Shown in pieces: positions 20,401-30,729 of a stretch of DNA of 64,000 bases (position 1 is the stretch's first letter; each line of letters opens with the position of its first letter). The translations under genes and the position numbers were made by a program. The notes under the pieces were generated by a model, which was not told where the DNA came from, did no database searches, and saw only the letters and a list, made by a program, of their open reading frames with translations. The stretch spans positions 9,585 to 73,584 of the forward strand of contig CAZLLO010000003.1 in the NCBI GenBank assembly GCA_964560525.1. The letters are read 5' to 3'. The DNA is from an uncultured Candidatus Saccharibacteria bacterium (lineage in GTDB: Bacteria > Patescibacteriota > Dojkabacteria > SC72).

Positions 20401-20845
20401 CTTGTATGATGGAAGAACAGGAAAGAAGTTCCCAAACAAGATCACTGTTGGTATCAAATATGTATTGAAATTACATCATATCGCTGATGAAAAGGTACAT
20501 GCTAGATCAACAGGACCATACACTGCAGTTTCTCAACAGCCACTTGGTGGAAAAGCACAAATGGGTGGACAGAGATTTGGAGAAATGGAAGTCTGGGCAT
20601 TAGAAGCACACAGTGCACCTTATGCTCTACAGGAAATGCTTACAATCAAATCAGATGATATCAAGGGAAGATCTTCAGCTTACAAAGCAATTATTCATGG
20701 AGACAAGATAGAGAATGTTAATATCCCAGAATCATTTAAAGTATTAATCAAAGAAATGAATGCTCTTTGCTTAAACTTAGACTTAATTTCAATTAATAAA
20801 TCTTCGCAGGAAGTTGAGGAGGTAGAAAATGAAGAAACTAAATAA
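17459..20845 (+). CDS. rpoB: RNA polymerase beta subunit
   Basis: SSFMDQTN, GYNYEDS, GDKLAGRHGDK, GGQRFGEMEVWALEA. Confidence 0.99.
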   Translation: MIKPQSNRSGRIDLGLGYSSGTDFPSLIEAQNASFLDFYKVGFQRLFSEINPVKDTMEKMWTLEFKDFRFGKPYRTIEEAIAKGLSYEEPVYAKVQLLNNKTGEIKEQEIFIADLPIMTEDGVFVFNGVRRVVTHQIVRAEGVLYEVDEKLPTRTLHKVRLMPGRGPWYEIDTNKHNVISMRVLPKRPKVLITELLRIFGWETDDEIRKLFADVDTDAENKYIEATLARDFTKSKEEAVISVYNKLRPDESVTIDSAEKYIKSNFFNVRKFDLGRIGRYQLNRKLGTSYNIDNPDEVMLYPKDVVLIVKRLIQINNGVIPADDIDHLCNRRIRSVGEILERQLNAGIRRLEKNIKDKMSLYGQDAKVTPSMLVGTKPIAASIQSFFGANALSSFMDQTNILSELENKRKVTAGGPGGITKERATFSIREVHNSHYSKFDPVTSPESANIGVVTQLAMLARINEFGFLEAPYRRVVKCVKNNKAVLENRILSEAVVSNKKTVAKAGTTIDKALAEKIAAIKDIKEVKVKPFISDEVVYFDAMDEEGFYISSATVKADECGNITDKLVPVRHKGDFVLEDVDAVDFVDVLAGQQAGLGMALVPFVSHNDAMRALTGANQQRQAVPLVKQESPLIGTGMEETVARQSSWGIFAEDDGEVYYVDAKKLSVKYKKLGLKDYDLISFYRSNDNTCFTQKPAINAGDTFKKGDALVDGPTMVNGELSLGINLKAALMFYEGYNYEDSVIISERIVRDDLLTSVHIREHTVAVRDTELGPETITADIPHVNDRILQKLDMQGIVRTGVKVKAGDILVGVVAPRGEKELTAEERLLRAIFGESASDVRDNSLRMPHGEEGIVVRSQILSASKGDKLQPGVLHEVKVWVADTKKVDYGDKLAGRHGDKNTIAAIRPIEDMPFTEDGEPVDIVLTPTFLKRMNMGQATEVHFGRYAKELNQKLSFPIFEGENLEWLKNEMEKAKLNMDQKVDLYDGRTGKKFPNKITVGIKYVLKLHHIADEKVHARSTGPYTAVSQQPLGGKAQMGGQRFGEMEVWALEAHSAPYALQEMLTIKSDDIKGRSSAYKAIIHGDKIENVNIPESFKVLIKEMNALCLNLDLISINKSSQEVEEVENEETK

Positions 20846-23800
20846 TAGACAAAGTCTAAATGACTTTGATGTTCTAAAACTAACACTTGCATCTCCAGAT
20901 CAAATGTTGGATTGGTCATATGGTGAAGTTACAAAAGCAGAAACTATAAACTATAGAACATTCAGAGCAGAACCAGACGGTCTTTTCTGTGAAAAGATTT
21001 TTGGTCCTACCAAAAACTATGAATGCTATTGTGGTAAATACAAAAAGATCCGATATAAGGGTATAGTTTGTGATAAATGTGGAGTTGAAGTCACAACCTC
21101 TGATGTAAGAAGAGAGAGAATGGGACACATTGAATTGGCTGTACCTGTTGCACACGTATGGTTTGCATATGGTATTCCTAACAAGATGTCTATTGTCTTA
21201 AACATCTCACATAAGAAACTTCTCTCAGTTGTATACTACACTAGGTATATGGTTGTTGAGGTAGATAAGGATAAGAAAGCTGAGATAGTTACAAAGGCGG
21301 AAGATTTGCAGAAGCAAGAAGTTGAAGCATTGAAAGCAGAACTAGAAGCAGAGTTGAAACTCACTGATGAGATGTTCAGCAAGGATATTAAAACAACTAA
21401 GAAGGATAAGGAAAAATCTAATGAATTCAAAGCAAGTCAATTAGAGCACAAGAGAAATCAGGCTTTAGCAAAAGTAAGAAAAGAATTTGCAGAAAAAGAA
21501 GAGCAGTTAGACTCCTTCTATACTAAGATCTTCCAAACTATTGAGAAATTGAAAGTTGGAACAGTCTTGAGTGAAGATGAATATATGAGTCTTGAAGAGA
21601 GAGATTTGCTATTCTTCGAAGCATTAATGGGTGCAGAAGCAATAAAGAGACTTTTGCAAAATCTTGATTTAGATAAAGAAATCAAAAAATTAAGAAAAGC
21701 AGCAGAGAAAGAAAAAGGTGAGAAGAAGGTTGCTACAATCGTTAGAATTCAATACTTAGAAGGTTTCAAGAAGAATAATACAGATCCTAGCTGGATGATT
21801 TTGAGTACTCTTCCAGTACTTCCTCCTGAGCTAAGACCAATTATCCCTCTATCTGGTGGTAAATTTGCTACATCCGATCTAAATGATTTGTACAGAAGAA
21901 TTATCAACAGAAATAATAGATTGAGGAGATTGATAGAAATAGGTGCTCCTGATGTTATTCTCAGAAATGAGAAGAGAATGTTGCAGGAATCTGTAGACGC
22001 ATTGATTGATAACTCACATAGACCTTCAAAGGCTATGATGAACAACAAGCGATTACCATATCAGTCATTAACAGATGATCTTAGAGGTAAAAAGGGATTG
22101 TTCAGAAAGAACTTGCTTGGAAAACGTGTTGACTACTCAGGTCGTGCAGTAATTGATGGAGATCCAAGTTTGAAATTTGACCAGTGTGGATTACCAAAAT
22201 CAGTTGCATTGGAAATGTTTAAACCTTTTGTAGTTGAGAAATTGCTTAACAAGGAAATCGCTCCAAATATTAGAATTGCAAAGGAAATGATTGAAGAGCA
22301 AGAAGATATTATCTGGGACTTACTAGAAGAGGTTATCAAGAATAAACCAGTATTACTAAATCGTGCACCTACACTACACAAATATAGTGTACAAGCATTC
22401 TATCCTAAGTTGGTAGAAGGTGAAGCAATTAGAATACACCCATTGGTATGTAAAGCATTCAATGCAGACTTCGATGGTGACCAAATGGCTGTTCATATTC
22501 TTCTAACCGAAGAGGCAAGAAATGAAGCTGAAAGAGAAATGATGTCCTCAAAGAACATTATAAATATCTCCAACGGTCAGATCTTAGCAAGTCCTGCAAA
22601 GGATATGTTATTAGGTTTCTATCTAATGACAGATATCCATGAGACTGAAAACCCAAGAATATTTGCTACTGCGGACGATGCTATAAATGCTTACGAAGAG
22701 GGTTTAATCAATATTAATGAAACTATTACTGTTAGGGTAAAAGGTGAGACAATCAAAACATCTGTTGGTAGAGTTATCTTCAACAGTATTCTTCCTGAGG
22801 ACTATAAATACCTTAATGAGAGGGTAAATAACAAGACTGTTAATACCATTATCGATGATATTAAGAACTCAAGACCAATGGAAGAAGTTGTAGTATTGCT
22901 TGATAACATGAAGTTATTAGGATTTAAATATGCTACAGATTTAGGCTTCTCATTTGCTATGGAAGATTGTAATTTGGACTTTGATCTTAGAGATGCTATC
23001 AAAAAGATAGAAGACAAGGATGAGCAATTACAAGAAAACTATCTACAAGGTCTTATGACTAAGACTGAGAAGATAAATATTTCTACAAATATGTGGGATG
23101 ACTTTGCAAATGATCTAGCAGATGAAGCATGGGAAAAGTTAGACAAACACAACTCTGTATATGAAATGGTTGAGTCAGGTGCAAATGGTGGTAAGATTCA
23201 GGCAAGGCAGGTTTTAACAATCAAAGGTGTTGTTAGAGACTCTAGAGGTAACTGGGTACCAATGCCAATCAAGAGCAACTATAGAGATGGTTTAAGTGCA
23301 TTCGAGTACTTTGTAGCTGCAAATGGTGGTAGAAAAGGTATCGCAGATAGATCACTTAAGACATCATCTTCTGGTTACTTAACTAGAAAATTGGTAGAGG
23401 TTGCACATGATGTAATCGTTAGAGAGGATGATTGTGGTTATGATGGAGCAGGTTTAGCAATGAAGAGATCTGATGATAGAAGAATCTCTTACACAGATAG
23501 ATTGTTTGGAAGAACTTTGGCACAGGATGTTGAAATTGATGGAAAAGTTATTGCTAAGAAAAATGACTCCATAACTAAGGAAATTGCAAAATTAATTGAG
23601 GGATCTAAACTTGAGGAAGTATACGTTAGATCACCAATGCTTTGTAAGTCTCCACTAGGAATGTGTAAGAAGTGTTATGGCTTAAATCTTGAAAATGGTT
23701 TGGAGATAGAGATGGGTAAAGCAGTAGGTGTAATTGCGGCTCAATCAATTGGTGAACCAGGTACTCAGATGACTATGCAGACCTTCCACAAGGGTGGTGT

Positions 23801-24716
23801 TGCTAAGATCGATATCACTCAAGGTTTACCAAGAATTGAAGAGCTATTTGAAGCTAGAACTCCAAAAGCAGAAGCTGATGTTGCATCTGTCGAAGGAAAA
23901 GCTCATGTAGATATTGCTGAAGATGATTCCGCAACAATAACAATTGCTGGTGTTAAGAAATTTGTAAGGTACTATGTAGTATCTAAAGCAATGAAAGTAA
24001 TTGTTGAGAATGGTGCGGAAGTAAAGAGTGGACAGACAATGTATATAGATGCAGAGGAAGTAGAGAAACAAGCACCATTCGATGGAAAGATAACATTGGA
24101 TGCTGGAATTTTGACAATTGAGGGAGCAGTTAAGGCAGAAGAAGTAATTTCTGTATTACCTGGAGTAACTCTCTTTGTACACGATGGAGATAATGTAAAA
24201 GCAGGACAACAGTTAACTGAAGGATCTATTGATCCTAAGAAACTTGCTGATACTGCAGATATATTAACTGCACAGAAATACATCTTAGACGGAGTTCAGA
24301 AAGTATTTAATGAGCAGGGTGTTCCTATTGATGATGTTCATATCGAGATTATCCTAAGACAGATGGCAAGATTAGGAAAAGTCGTAGATTCAGGAGATTC
24401 TGACTATTTAGTTGGATCTTTGGTGAACAGATTCATGTCTGAAGTTAAGAATGAGTTGATTGCCAAAGATGGTCAAAACAAAGCACTTGTTATACCAAGA
24501 CTTTTGGGTGTCAAAACCTCATCCTTAAATACTGAAAGCTTCCTGTCAGCAGTATCATTCCAGGAGCAGGTTAGAGTGTTAACAAGTAATGCAATACTTG
24601 GTAAAACTGATTACCTAAGAGGAATGAAAGAAAATGTAATCATCGGTAGATTAATCCCTGCAGGTGAGAGCGCAGCTGTTAAAAATCATACAGATTTAGA
24701 AGAGCTTAAATTTTAG
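20829..24716 (+). CDS. rpoC: RNA polymerase beta' subunit
   Basis: GLFCEKIFGP, NADFDGDQM catalytic motif, SIGEPGTQMTM, LRGMKENVIIGRLIPAG. Confidence 0.99.
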   Translation: MKKLNNRQSLNDFDVLKLTLASPDQMLDWSYGEVTKAETINYRTFRAEPDGLFCEKIFGPTKNYECYCGKYKKIRYKGIVCDKCGVEVTTSDVRRERMGHIELAVPVAHVWFAYGIPNKMSIVLNISHKKLLSVVYYTRYMVVEVDKDKKAEIVTKAEDLQKQEVEALKAELEAELKLTDEMFSKDIKTTKKDKEKSNEFKASQLEHKRNQALAKVRKEFAEKEEQLDSFYTKIFQTIEKLKVGTVLSEDEYMSLEERDLLFFEALMGAEAIKRLLQNLDLDKEIKKLRKAAEKEKGEKKVATIVRIQYLEGFKKNNTDPSWMILSTLPVLPPELRPIIPLSGGKFATSDLNDLYRRIINRNNRLRRLIEIGAPDVILRNEKRMLQESVDALIDNSHRPSKAMMNNKRLPYQSLTDDLRGKKGLFRKNLLGKRVDYSGRAVIDGDPSLKFDQCGLPKSVALEMFKPFVVEKLLNKEIAPNIRIAKEMIEEQEDIIWDLLEEVIKNKPVLLNRAPTLHKYSVQAFYPKLVEGEAIRIHPLVCKAFNADFDGDQMAVHILLTEEARNEAEREMMSSKNIINISNGQILASPAKDMLLGFYLMTDIHETENPRIFATADDAINAYEEGLININETITVRVKGETIKTSVGRVIFNSILPEDYKYLNERVNNKTVNTIIDDIKNSRPMEEVVVLLDNMKLLGFKYATDLGFSFAMEDCNLDFDLRDAIKKIEDKDEQLQENYLQGLMTKTEKINISTNMWDDFANDLADEAWEKLDKHNSVYEMVESGANGGKIQARQVLTIKGVVRDSRGNWVPMPIKSNYRDGLSAFEYFVAANGGRKGIADRSLKTSSSGYLTRKLVEVAHDVIVREDDCGYDGAGLAMKRSDDRRISYTDRLFGRTLAQDVEIDGKVIAKKNDSITKEIAKLIEGSKLEEVYVRSPMLCKSPLGMCKKCYGLNLENGLEIEMGKAVGVIAAQSIGEPGTQMTMQTFHKGGVAKIDITQGLPRIEELFEARTPKAEADVASVEGKAHVDIAEDDSATITIAGVKKFVRYYVVSKAMKVIVENGAEVKSGQTMYIDAEEVEKQAPFDGKITLDAGILTIEGAVKAEEVISVLPGVTLFVHDGDNVKAGQQLTEGSIDPKKLADTADILTAQKYILDGVQKVFNEQGVPIDDVHIEIILRQMARLGKVVDSGDSDYLVGSLVNRFMSEVKNELIAKDGQNKALVIPRLLGVKTSSLNTESFLSAVSFQEQVRVLTSNAILGKTDYLRGMKENVIIGRLIPAGESAAVKNHTDLEELKF

Positions 24717-24741
24717 TTGAATTTGTTATATAATACCGACC

Positions 24742-25161
24742 ATGCCAACAATAAACCAATTAATAAGAAAACCTAGGAAATCTAAAACTAAGAAGACAAG
24801 GTACATTGCATTAGCAACAAACTTTAATCCTCTTAAGAATAGATATGCAAGAGAAAAGAATCCTTTTAAACGAGGAGTCTGTTTGCAGGTTAAAACAATG
24901 ACACCTAAGAAACCTAACTCAGCATTGAGAAAAATCACTAAAGTTAGACTCTCTAATGGTATGGAAGTGTTAGCTTACATCCCAGGTGAGGGCCACAACT
25001 TACAAGAGCACTCAGTTGTTCTAGTAAAAGCAGGTAGAAAACGAGACCTCCCAGGTGTTAAATACATCGTAGTAAGAGGTAAGTATGATACCGCAGGTGT
25101 ACAAGGCAGAAAGAAAGCAAGATCTAAGTATGGTGCTAAGGGCGCCAGCGATTCTGAATAG
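24742..25161 (+). CDS. rpsL: 30S ribosomal protein S12
   Basis: [36 protein letters not shown]. Confidence 0.98.
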   Translation: MPTINQLIRKPRKSKTKKTRYIALATNFNPLKNRYAREKNPFKRGVCLQVKTMTPKKPNSALRKITKVRLSNGMEVLAYIPGEGHNLQEHSVVLVKAGRKRDLPGVKYIVVRGKYDTAGVQGRKKARSKYGAKGASDSE

Positions 25162-25183
25162 TTTTAATTAATAATAAGTAATT

Positions 25184-25657
25184 ATGAGTAGAGGACATAG
25201 AGCAAAAAGAAAAACACAAATTGGAGATAAGAAATACGGTAATATCGTAATCTCCAGATTAATAAACAAGGTAATGCAAGATGGTAAAAAATCTACAGCG
25301 GAGGATTTAGTGTACAGTGCTATTGAAGATGGTGCTAAGAGAGTTAAGGAAGAGGATGTAAATACATTCTTCAATAAGGCGATAGATAACATCAGACCTG
25401 CATTAGAAATCAAAGCTAGAAGAGTAGGTGGTGCTAACTATTCTGTGCCTATGCCTGTATCTCCAAGAAGACAGGAAACATTGGCAGTTAGATGGATTGT
25501 AGATAGTGCTAGAAAGAAATCTGGTAAGAATTTTGATATTATACTTATGGATGAATTAGTAGCTGCATTTGGTGGAGAAGGTGATGCTATGAAGAAGAAA
25601 GTTGATACTGAGAAGATGGCAGAAGCAAATAAAGCATTTGCACATTTCAGATGGTAG
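25184..25657 (+). CDS. rpsG: 30S ribosomal protein S7
   Basis: DGKKSTAE, RRVGGANY, MAEANKAFAHFRW. Confidence 0.98.
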   Translation: MSRGHRAKRKTQIGDKKYGNIVISRLINKVMQDGKKSTAEDLVYSAIEDGAKRVKEEDVNTFFNKAIDNIRPALEIKARRVGGANYSVPMPVSPRRQETLAVRWIVDSARKKSGKNFDIILMDELVAAFGGEGDAMKKKVDTEKMAEANKAFAHFRW

Positions 25658-25681
25658 GCTGATTCTTAATGGTTTGAAATT

Positions 25682-25707
25682 AAAGGAGGGCGAAAGCCCT
25701 CTTTTTT
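25682..25707 (+). terminator. Intrinsic terminator after rpsG
   Basis: GAGGGC-GAAA-GCCCTC followed by T6; between convergent genes. Confidence 0.9.
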
Positions 25708-26647
25708 ATTTAGTACTCTCTATTCTCTCCCAACCGTTTTTTCCCATATCTTTTCTCAATATATCTCTCTCCCAAACAATCTTTATCCATGTAATTAGTC
25801 GAATAGGGAATAGGTATACTGACCACATAAACTCATTAAAAGTTTTTGCATATTTAAATACATAAAAAGCATAATGAAGTTCAATAAAGAAGCTTCTGCT
25901 TTGTTTATCTTTTTTAAATATTTGAAATTTCTCTAATTGCTTAAATCCACCCAAAGATCTAACTTTTTGTTTGAAGTAATCCCTAAGGTTTGTTGGATAC
26001 TTAACGTAGCACACTGCCTTTGGTGCATAGGCAATATCAAAATTCATGTTTCTTAATGTATATGAAATATATGCATCATCTGAGAGCACATTCTTTGGTA
26101 TATCAAATTTTAAATTACGAATAGCCATGATATATCCACTCATAGGGAAGAAAGCACTCTCACTAGTATAGTAATCCTTATTATCTACTTTTCTCATCGT
26201 GTGGCTTCGCCTGTGGTCTGCAGCATCAGATAAAAGGTGTCCCCAGTATCCAAATGCATTATCTCTATTATCTGCTGATACAGGCTTTCCGCTAATGCCT
26301 CCGATTTTTTTATCCCCAAATGGTTTTATGAGTTCTGAAACGGCATTCTTTTCAAAATATGTATCTCCATCGGTAAGTATTATTATTTCTCCCTTAGCTT
26401 TGTCCAAAGCCATTTTCAAAGCAGTAGGTTTTCCCTTGTGTGGATCAATAATATGGCGATATTCATGCTTAGAAAGTCCTAGCTTCCTAGCTTCTTTTCT
26501 TCCAGCTTTTAAAGTGAGCTCATCAGGAGAAACTTGTATGATTTCGAACGGAGTAGTAATGCCAGAATATCTTCTCTGTGCGATGCATCGGATGCATCTA
26601 CCGATAGTCTTAGGCTCTTTGAATGAAGTAATAATTACACTGATCAT
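25706..26647 (-). CDS. Glycosyltransferase family 2
   Basis: ISVIITSFKE, GKPTAL, ILTDGDT (DxD), SDD, KQKVRS. Confidence 0.88.
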   Translation of the reverse strand: MISVIITSFKEPKTIGRCIRCIAQRRYSGITTPFEIIQVSPDELTLKAGRKEARKLGLSKHEYRHIIDPHKGKPTALKMALDKAKGEIIILTDGDTYFEKNAVSELIKPFGDKKIGGISGKPVSADNRDNAFGYWGHLLSDAADHRRSHTMRKVDNKDYYTSESAFFPMSGYIMAIRNLKFDIPKNVLSDDAYISYTLRNMNFDIAYAPKAVCYVKYPTNLRDYFKQKVRSLGGFKQLEKFQIFKKDKQSRSFFIELHYAFYVFKYAKTFNEFMWSVYLFPIRLITWIKIVWERDILRKDMGKNGWERIESTK

Positions 26648-26683
26648 AGGTAATTATATATGTTTCTAGCGTATTGGGAAAGA

Positions 26684-27325
26684 CTATTCAGCCTTTGCTT
26701 CTTCAGTAGGGGCTACAACAGCTTCTCCTTCAACAGGAGCACCCTCAACAGGCGCTGCAACAACTTCTTCTTTCTGAAGTTCTGTAATAGTAACAATAGT
26801 AGCTTGCTCTAATTCCTTGTTTATCAACTCCATTCCTTCTGGAAGTTTGATATCATGAACACCAATTATCTGTCCTGGATGCTCTAATCCTGAGATATCA
26901 ATTACGATAGAAGGTTTTAAATCTGCTAACTTACATCTAACATCAATATCAGGTAAAACTTTAACCAAAATACCAAGATTATTCTTAACAGCAGGTGAAA
27001 TACCAACGATTTCGAAAGGAATAGAGAAGACCATTTCTTTGCTCTCATCAATTTCAAAGAAAGCAATATGTCTAATCTCTTCTGTTACAGGATTAAAATC
27101 TACTTCTTTTACTAAAACCTTGGATGTTTTGTCACCTAATTTTGCTTCAAATATAGTTGTAGAAGTTGCCATTCTTACTAATTTCTTAGCACTTGAAGAC
27201 TCTATCTGTACATTTGTAGAATCACCCTTAGCATTGTACACAACAGCTGGGATAAATCCCTGTGCTAAAAGGTTCTGACTTTTCTTACCTAAGAGTTCTC
27301 TTTTTTCTAATGTTATTGTTTCCAT
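26684..27325 (-). CDS. rplY: 50S ribosomal protein L25 (Ctc type)
   Basis: GFIPAVVY, VLVKEVDFNPV..IRHIAF plus C-terminal TL5 domain; start at METITL below TTGTCA-17-TATACT. Confidence 0.9.
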   Translation of the reverse strand: METITLEKRELLGKKSQNLLAQGFIPAVVYNAKGDSTNVQIESSSAKKLVRMATSTTIFEAKLGDKTSKVLVKEVDFNPVTEEIRHIAFFEIDESKEMVFSIPFEIVGISPAVKNNLGILVKVLPDIDVRCKLADLKPSIVIDISGLEHPGQIIGVHDIKLPEGMELINKELEQATIVTITELQKEEVVAAPVEGAPVEGEAVVAPTEEAKAE

Positions 27326-27389
27326 GATGAGTAGGAGTATATCAAAGAATAGGGGTTTTGACAATAATAGAAGAGGATATTTATACCTC

Positions 27390-27418
27390 TTGACTCTCTT
27401 TATTTTCTACCATATACT
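27390..27418 (+). promoter_or_regulatory. Sigma-70 promoter of hrcA-grpE-dnaK
   Basis: TTGACT-17 nt-TATACT directly before the CIRCE. Confidence 0.8.
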
Positions 27419-27445
27419 TTAGCACCTAATCTTAGTATCTGCTAA
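27419..27445 (+). promoter_or_regulatory. CIRCE operator (HrcA site), variant
   Basis: TTAGCACCT-N9-ATCTGCTAA versus consensus TTAGCACTC-N9-GAGTGCTAA. Confidence 0.85.
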
Positions 27446-27446
27446 A

Positions 27447-28172
27447 GTGGATATAACAGAAAGACAAAAAGCCATACTAATGGCAATAATTAAAGAGTTC
27501 ATGGGTGATGCTGCAGAGGTGGGATCACTTTCTTTGGTTGAAAAATATAATCTAGGTGTAAGCTCTGCAACCATTAGAAATGAAATGGTTAAATTGATGC
27601 AGCTTGGATTACTTGAACAAACTCATTCGTCCTCAGGGAGGTTGCCAACAGATCAAGCTTTGAGATTGTATGTAAGTGAAATGTTGGGAAGAAATAGTAT
27701 TAACCCAATGATGAGTATAGAGATTAGACAAGGAATATTTAGAGATAGATTCTCAAAAGATGTAGTTATTAAATCAATATTGCATATTCTTTCGAAAGCT
27801 ACTGACTCTGTTGTCTTCCTTATCCTTGGTGAGGATGTAAGGTACTATGGACTAGCTAACATTCTTTCTTTTGAAGAATTTCAAAATATTAAGAAGATAC
27901 AAAGCATTGTAAATATCTTGGAGGATGATGTCTTTTTAAGAAATATCACTGAGAAATATTCAGGTTCAGGAGTATCGCTATTAATCGGTGGAGAGTCTGG
28001 GGTTGGAACATTGGAAGATTGTGCGATGGCATTTACAAAAATACCATTTTGGAATCAAGAAACAGGATATATTGGAGTGTTAGGATCTAAGCGTATGGAC
28101 TACTCAAAAGTAATTCCAGCTTTAAGAGAAGTTAAGACCTCTTTAGAATCGTCAATGTCTGGATGGAGATAA
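27447..28172 (+). CDS. hrcA: Heat-inducible transcription repressor HrcA (short form)
   Basis: GTG start; ERQKAIL, VSSATIRNEM, HSSSGRLPT, GVLGSKRMDY. Confidence 0.93.
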   Translation: MDITERQKAILMAIIKEFMGDAAEVGSLSLVEKYNLGVSSATIRNEMVKLMQLGLLEQTHSSSGRLPTDQALRLYVSEMLGRNSINPMMSIEIRQGIFRDRFSKDVVIKSILHILSKATDSVVFLILGEDVRYYGLANILSFEEFQNIKKIQSIVNILEDDVFLRNITEKYSGSGVSLLIGGESGVGTLEDCAMAFTKIPFWNQETGYIGVLGSKRMDYSKVIPALREVKTSLESSMSGWR

Positions 28173-28176
28173 CATT

Positions 28177-28716
28177 ATGAATACAAACATGAAAAAAGAA
28201 GCAGAACAAGAGAATAAGTGTAAACAATGTGAACAGTTAAGTTCACAAGTTGAAGAGCTAACACTTGCTGTAGAGAAAATTGAATCAGAAAGGCAGATAT
28301 TGGAGAACCAGCTTAAGAAAGTTCTTGCTGACTATCACAATCTTGTTAGTAATTCCGAAAAAAGAAATGAGATAAGGTTCTTTCAAACAAGAAAACATTT
28401 AGCAGAGTCAGTAATTCCCACCTTGGATTCACTAAACTTAGCGCTTAATACAAGTAAAGATTTAAAACTGGATGAAAATGGACAAGCATGGGCAAACGGT
28501 GTTAATGCAATATTTCAATCGTTGATAAAAGCATTTGAAGAAATAGAATTAAAACAATATGTACCAAACAAAGGGGACAAATTTGATCCTAATGTACATG
28601 AAGCAGTAGCAACTCTAGAACAGGGAAATAGTGGTGAAATATATGACTTGGTATCCCCAGGTTATATATTAGACAACACTGTAATTCGACCCGCTCGAGT
28701 GGTTGTCTCAAAATAG
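28177..28716 (+). CDS. grpE: Nucleotide exchange factor GrpE
   Basis: FDPNVHEAV, GYILDNTVIRPARVVV; between hrcA and dnaK. Confidence 0.95.
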   Translation: MNTNMKKEAEQENKCKQCEQLSSQVEELTLAVEKIESERQILENQLKKVLADYHNLVSNSEKRNEIRFFQTRKHLAESVIPTLDSLNLALNTSKDLKLDENGQAWANGVNAIFQSLIKAFEEIELKQYVPNKGDKFDPNVHEAVATLEQGNSGEIYDLVSPGYILDNTVIRPARVVVSK

Positions 28717-28741
28717 TATTAAATTTTTATATTAAATAATT

Positions 28742-30637
28742 ATGTCAAAAATAATAGGAATAGATCTCGGAACTACAAACTCCGTAATGGCTTACATGGA
28801 GGGTGGAAAACCTAATGTTATTCCAAGCGCACAAGGTGGAAGATTAATCCCGTCTGTAGTTGCTGTGGATGATAAAGGTGAAACGCTTGTAGGTGTATTG
28901 GCTAAGAACCAAGCAGTTACCAATCCAGAGGGAACAATTTACTCTGTAAAAAGATTAATTGGTAGATCTTGGAGTGATCCCGAAGTTCAGAAAGATATTA
29001 AACTTCTACCTTTTGAGATGAGAAAGTCTTCAAATGGTGGTGTAGAAGTAAAAATGAAAGATAAATGGTACACACCTCAGGAGATATCTGCAAAGATTCT
29101 TGCAAAAATGAAGAAGGATGCGGAAGACTTCTTAGGAGAACCAGTTACGGAGGCTGTAATTACAGTTCCTGCCTATTTTGATGATTCTCAAAGGCAGGCT
29201 ACAAAAGATGCTGGCAAAATTGCAGGGTTAGATGTTAAGAGAATTGTAAATGAACCTACTGCAGCCGCACTAGCATATGGTGTAGATAACGGTAAAGATG
29301 AAAAGATTGTCGTATTTGACCTTGGTGGTGGAACATTTGATGTTTCTGTATTAGAAATTGGAGAGGGAGTATTTGAAGTACTTTCAACTAATGGTAATAC
29401 TCATCTAGGAGGTGATGACTTCGACCAGAGGGTTATAGACTATCTTGCAGATGAATTTAAGAAAAAAGAAGGAATTGATCTAAGAGAAGATCCAACAGCT
29501 TTACAAAGATTAAGAGAGTTTGCAGAGAAAGCAAAAGTAGAACTTTCAAGCTCTGAACAAACAGAAATTAATATCCCTTACATCACAGCAGGTGCAAGTG
29601 GTCCTAAACATTTGAAAGAAACCCTAACTAGATCTCAATTAGAGAAATTGGTTGCTGATTTGATCGATTCTACAGCTCAACCATGTGAGAAAGCACTAAA
29701 AGATGCGAAGCTGAAAAAAGAAGATATCAACCAGGTTCTTCTAGTTGGTGGTATGTCTAGAATGCCGGCTGTAATCAAGAAGGTTGTTGAAATCTTTGGG
29801 AAAGAGCCTAACAAGGGTGTAAACCCAGATGAGGTAGTAGGTGTAGGTGCTGCAATCCAAGGTGGAGTCTTAGGTGGTGATGTAAAAGACATTACACTTT
29901 TAGATGTAACACCATTGTCACTTGGTTTAGAAACTCTAGGTGGAGTTATGACCAAGCTAATAGAGAGAAATACAACTATTCCTGTAGAAAAGAAGCAAAT
30001 ATTCTCAACCGCAGCAGACAGTCAACCAGCTGTAGAGATCCATATTCTTCAAGGAGAAAGAGAAATGGCTGCAGATAACAAGACTTTAGGAACATTCATA
30101 CTTGATGGTATCCCAGCAGCACCAAGAGGTGTCCCTCAAATTGAGGTTTCATTCTCTATCGATGCAAATGGTATTTTGAATGTAAAAGCGGTAGATATGG
30201 CTACTAAGAAAGAACAGAAAATTACCATAACTGCGTCTACAGGGCTTAAAGATGAGGAAATCGAAAAGATGGTTGAAGAAGCAGCAAAGCATGCAAGCGA
30301 GGATAAGGAGAAAAAGGAAAGAGTTGAGAAACGAAACGAGGCAGATACACTATGCTTCAATACTGAAAAGTTAATCAAAGAGAATGGAGATAAGATTGAG
30401 GAATCAGATAAAAAGGAATTAACTGAAAAATCTGACGAACTTAAGAAGCTTATCGAAAAAGACGACTTTGATAAAGCAGATGTAGAAAAGAAAACAGAAG
30501 AGCTTATGAATAAGATGCAGGAAATAGGTAAGAAAATGTACGAAAAAGCTGCTAAAGAAGCTCCAAAAGAAGAGTCTAAGGATGAGCCTAAGAAAGATGA
30601 AGAGAAAAAAGCGGAAGAGGGAGAAGTTGTAGAATAA
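28742..30637 (+). CDS. dnaK: Chaperone DnaK
   Basis: [40 protein letters not shown]. Confidence 0.99.
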   Translation: MSKIIGIDLGTTNSVMAYMEGGKPNVIPSAQGGRLIPSVVAVDDKGETLVGVLAKNQAVTNPEGTIYSVKRLIGRSWSDPEVQKDIKLLPFEMRKSSNGGVEVKMKDKWYTPQEISAKILAKMKKDAEDFLGEPVTEAVITVPAYFDDSQRQATKDAGKIAGLDVKRIVNEPTAAALAYGVDNGKDEKIVVFDLGGGTFDVSVLEIGEGVFEVLSTNGNTHLGGDDFDQRVIDYLADEFKKKEGIDLREDPTALQRLREFAEKAKVELSSSEQTEINIPYITAGASGPKHLKETLTRSQLEKLVADLIDSTAQPCEKALKDAKLKKEDINQVLLVGGMSRMPAVIKKVVEIFGKEPNKGVNPDEVVGVGAAIQGGVLGGDVKDITLLDVTPLSLGLETLGGVMTKLIERNTTIPVEKKQIFSTAADSQPAVEIHILQGEREMAADNKTLGTFILDGIPAAPRGVPQIEVSFSIDANGILNVKAVDMATKKEQKITITASTGLKDEEIEKMVEEAAKHASEDKEKKERVEKRNEADTLCFNTEKLIKENGDKIEESDKKELTEKSDELKKLIEKDDFDKADVEKKTEELMNKMQEIGKKMYEKAAKEAPKEESKDEPKKDEEKKAEEGEVVE

Positions 30638-30658
30638 AAACTTATCTCTGCTACAGTG

Positions 30659-30689
30659 AAGAGGAGACAGTTGGTCTCCTCTTTTTTTT
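30659..30689 (+). terminator. Intrinsic terminator after dnaK
   Basis: AAGAGGAGAC-AGTTG-GTCTCCTCTT plus T-tract. Confidence 0.9.
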
Positions 30690-30729
30690 ATGATAGGATT
30701 TATGAACTAAAATATCCAAACTGCCTGAT

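Noticed and set aside
28742-30689. dnaJ missing after dnaK
   Set aside because: Unlinked dnaJ is common; absence cannot be judged from one window
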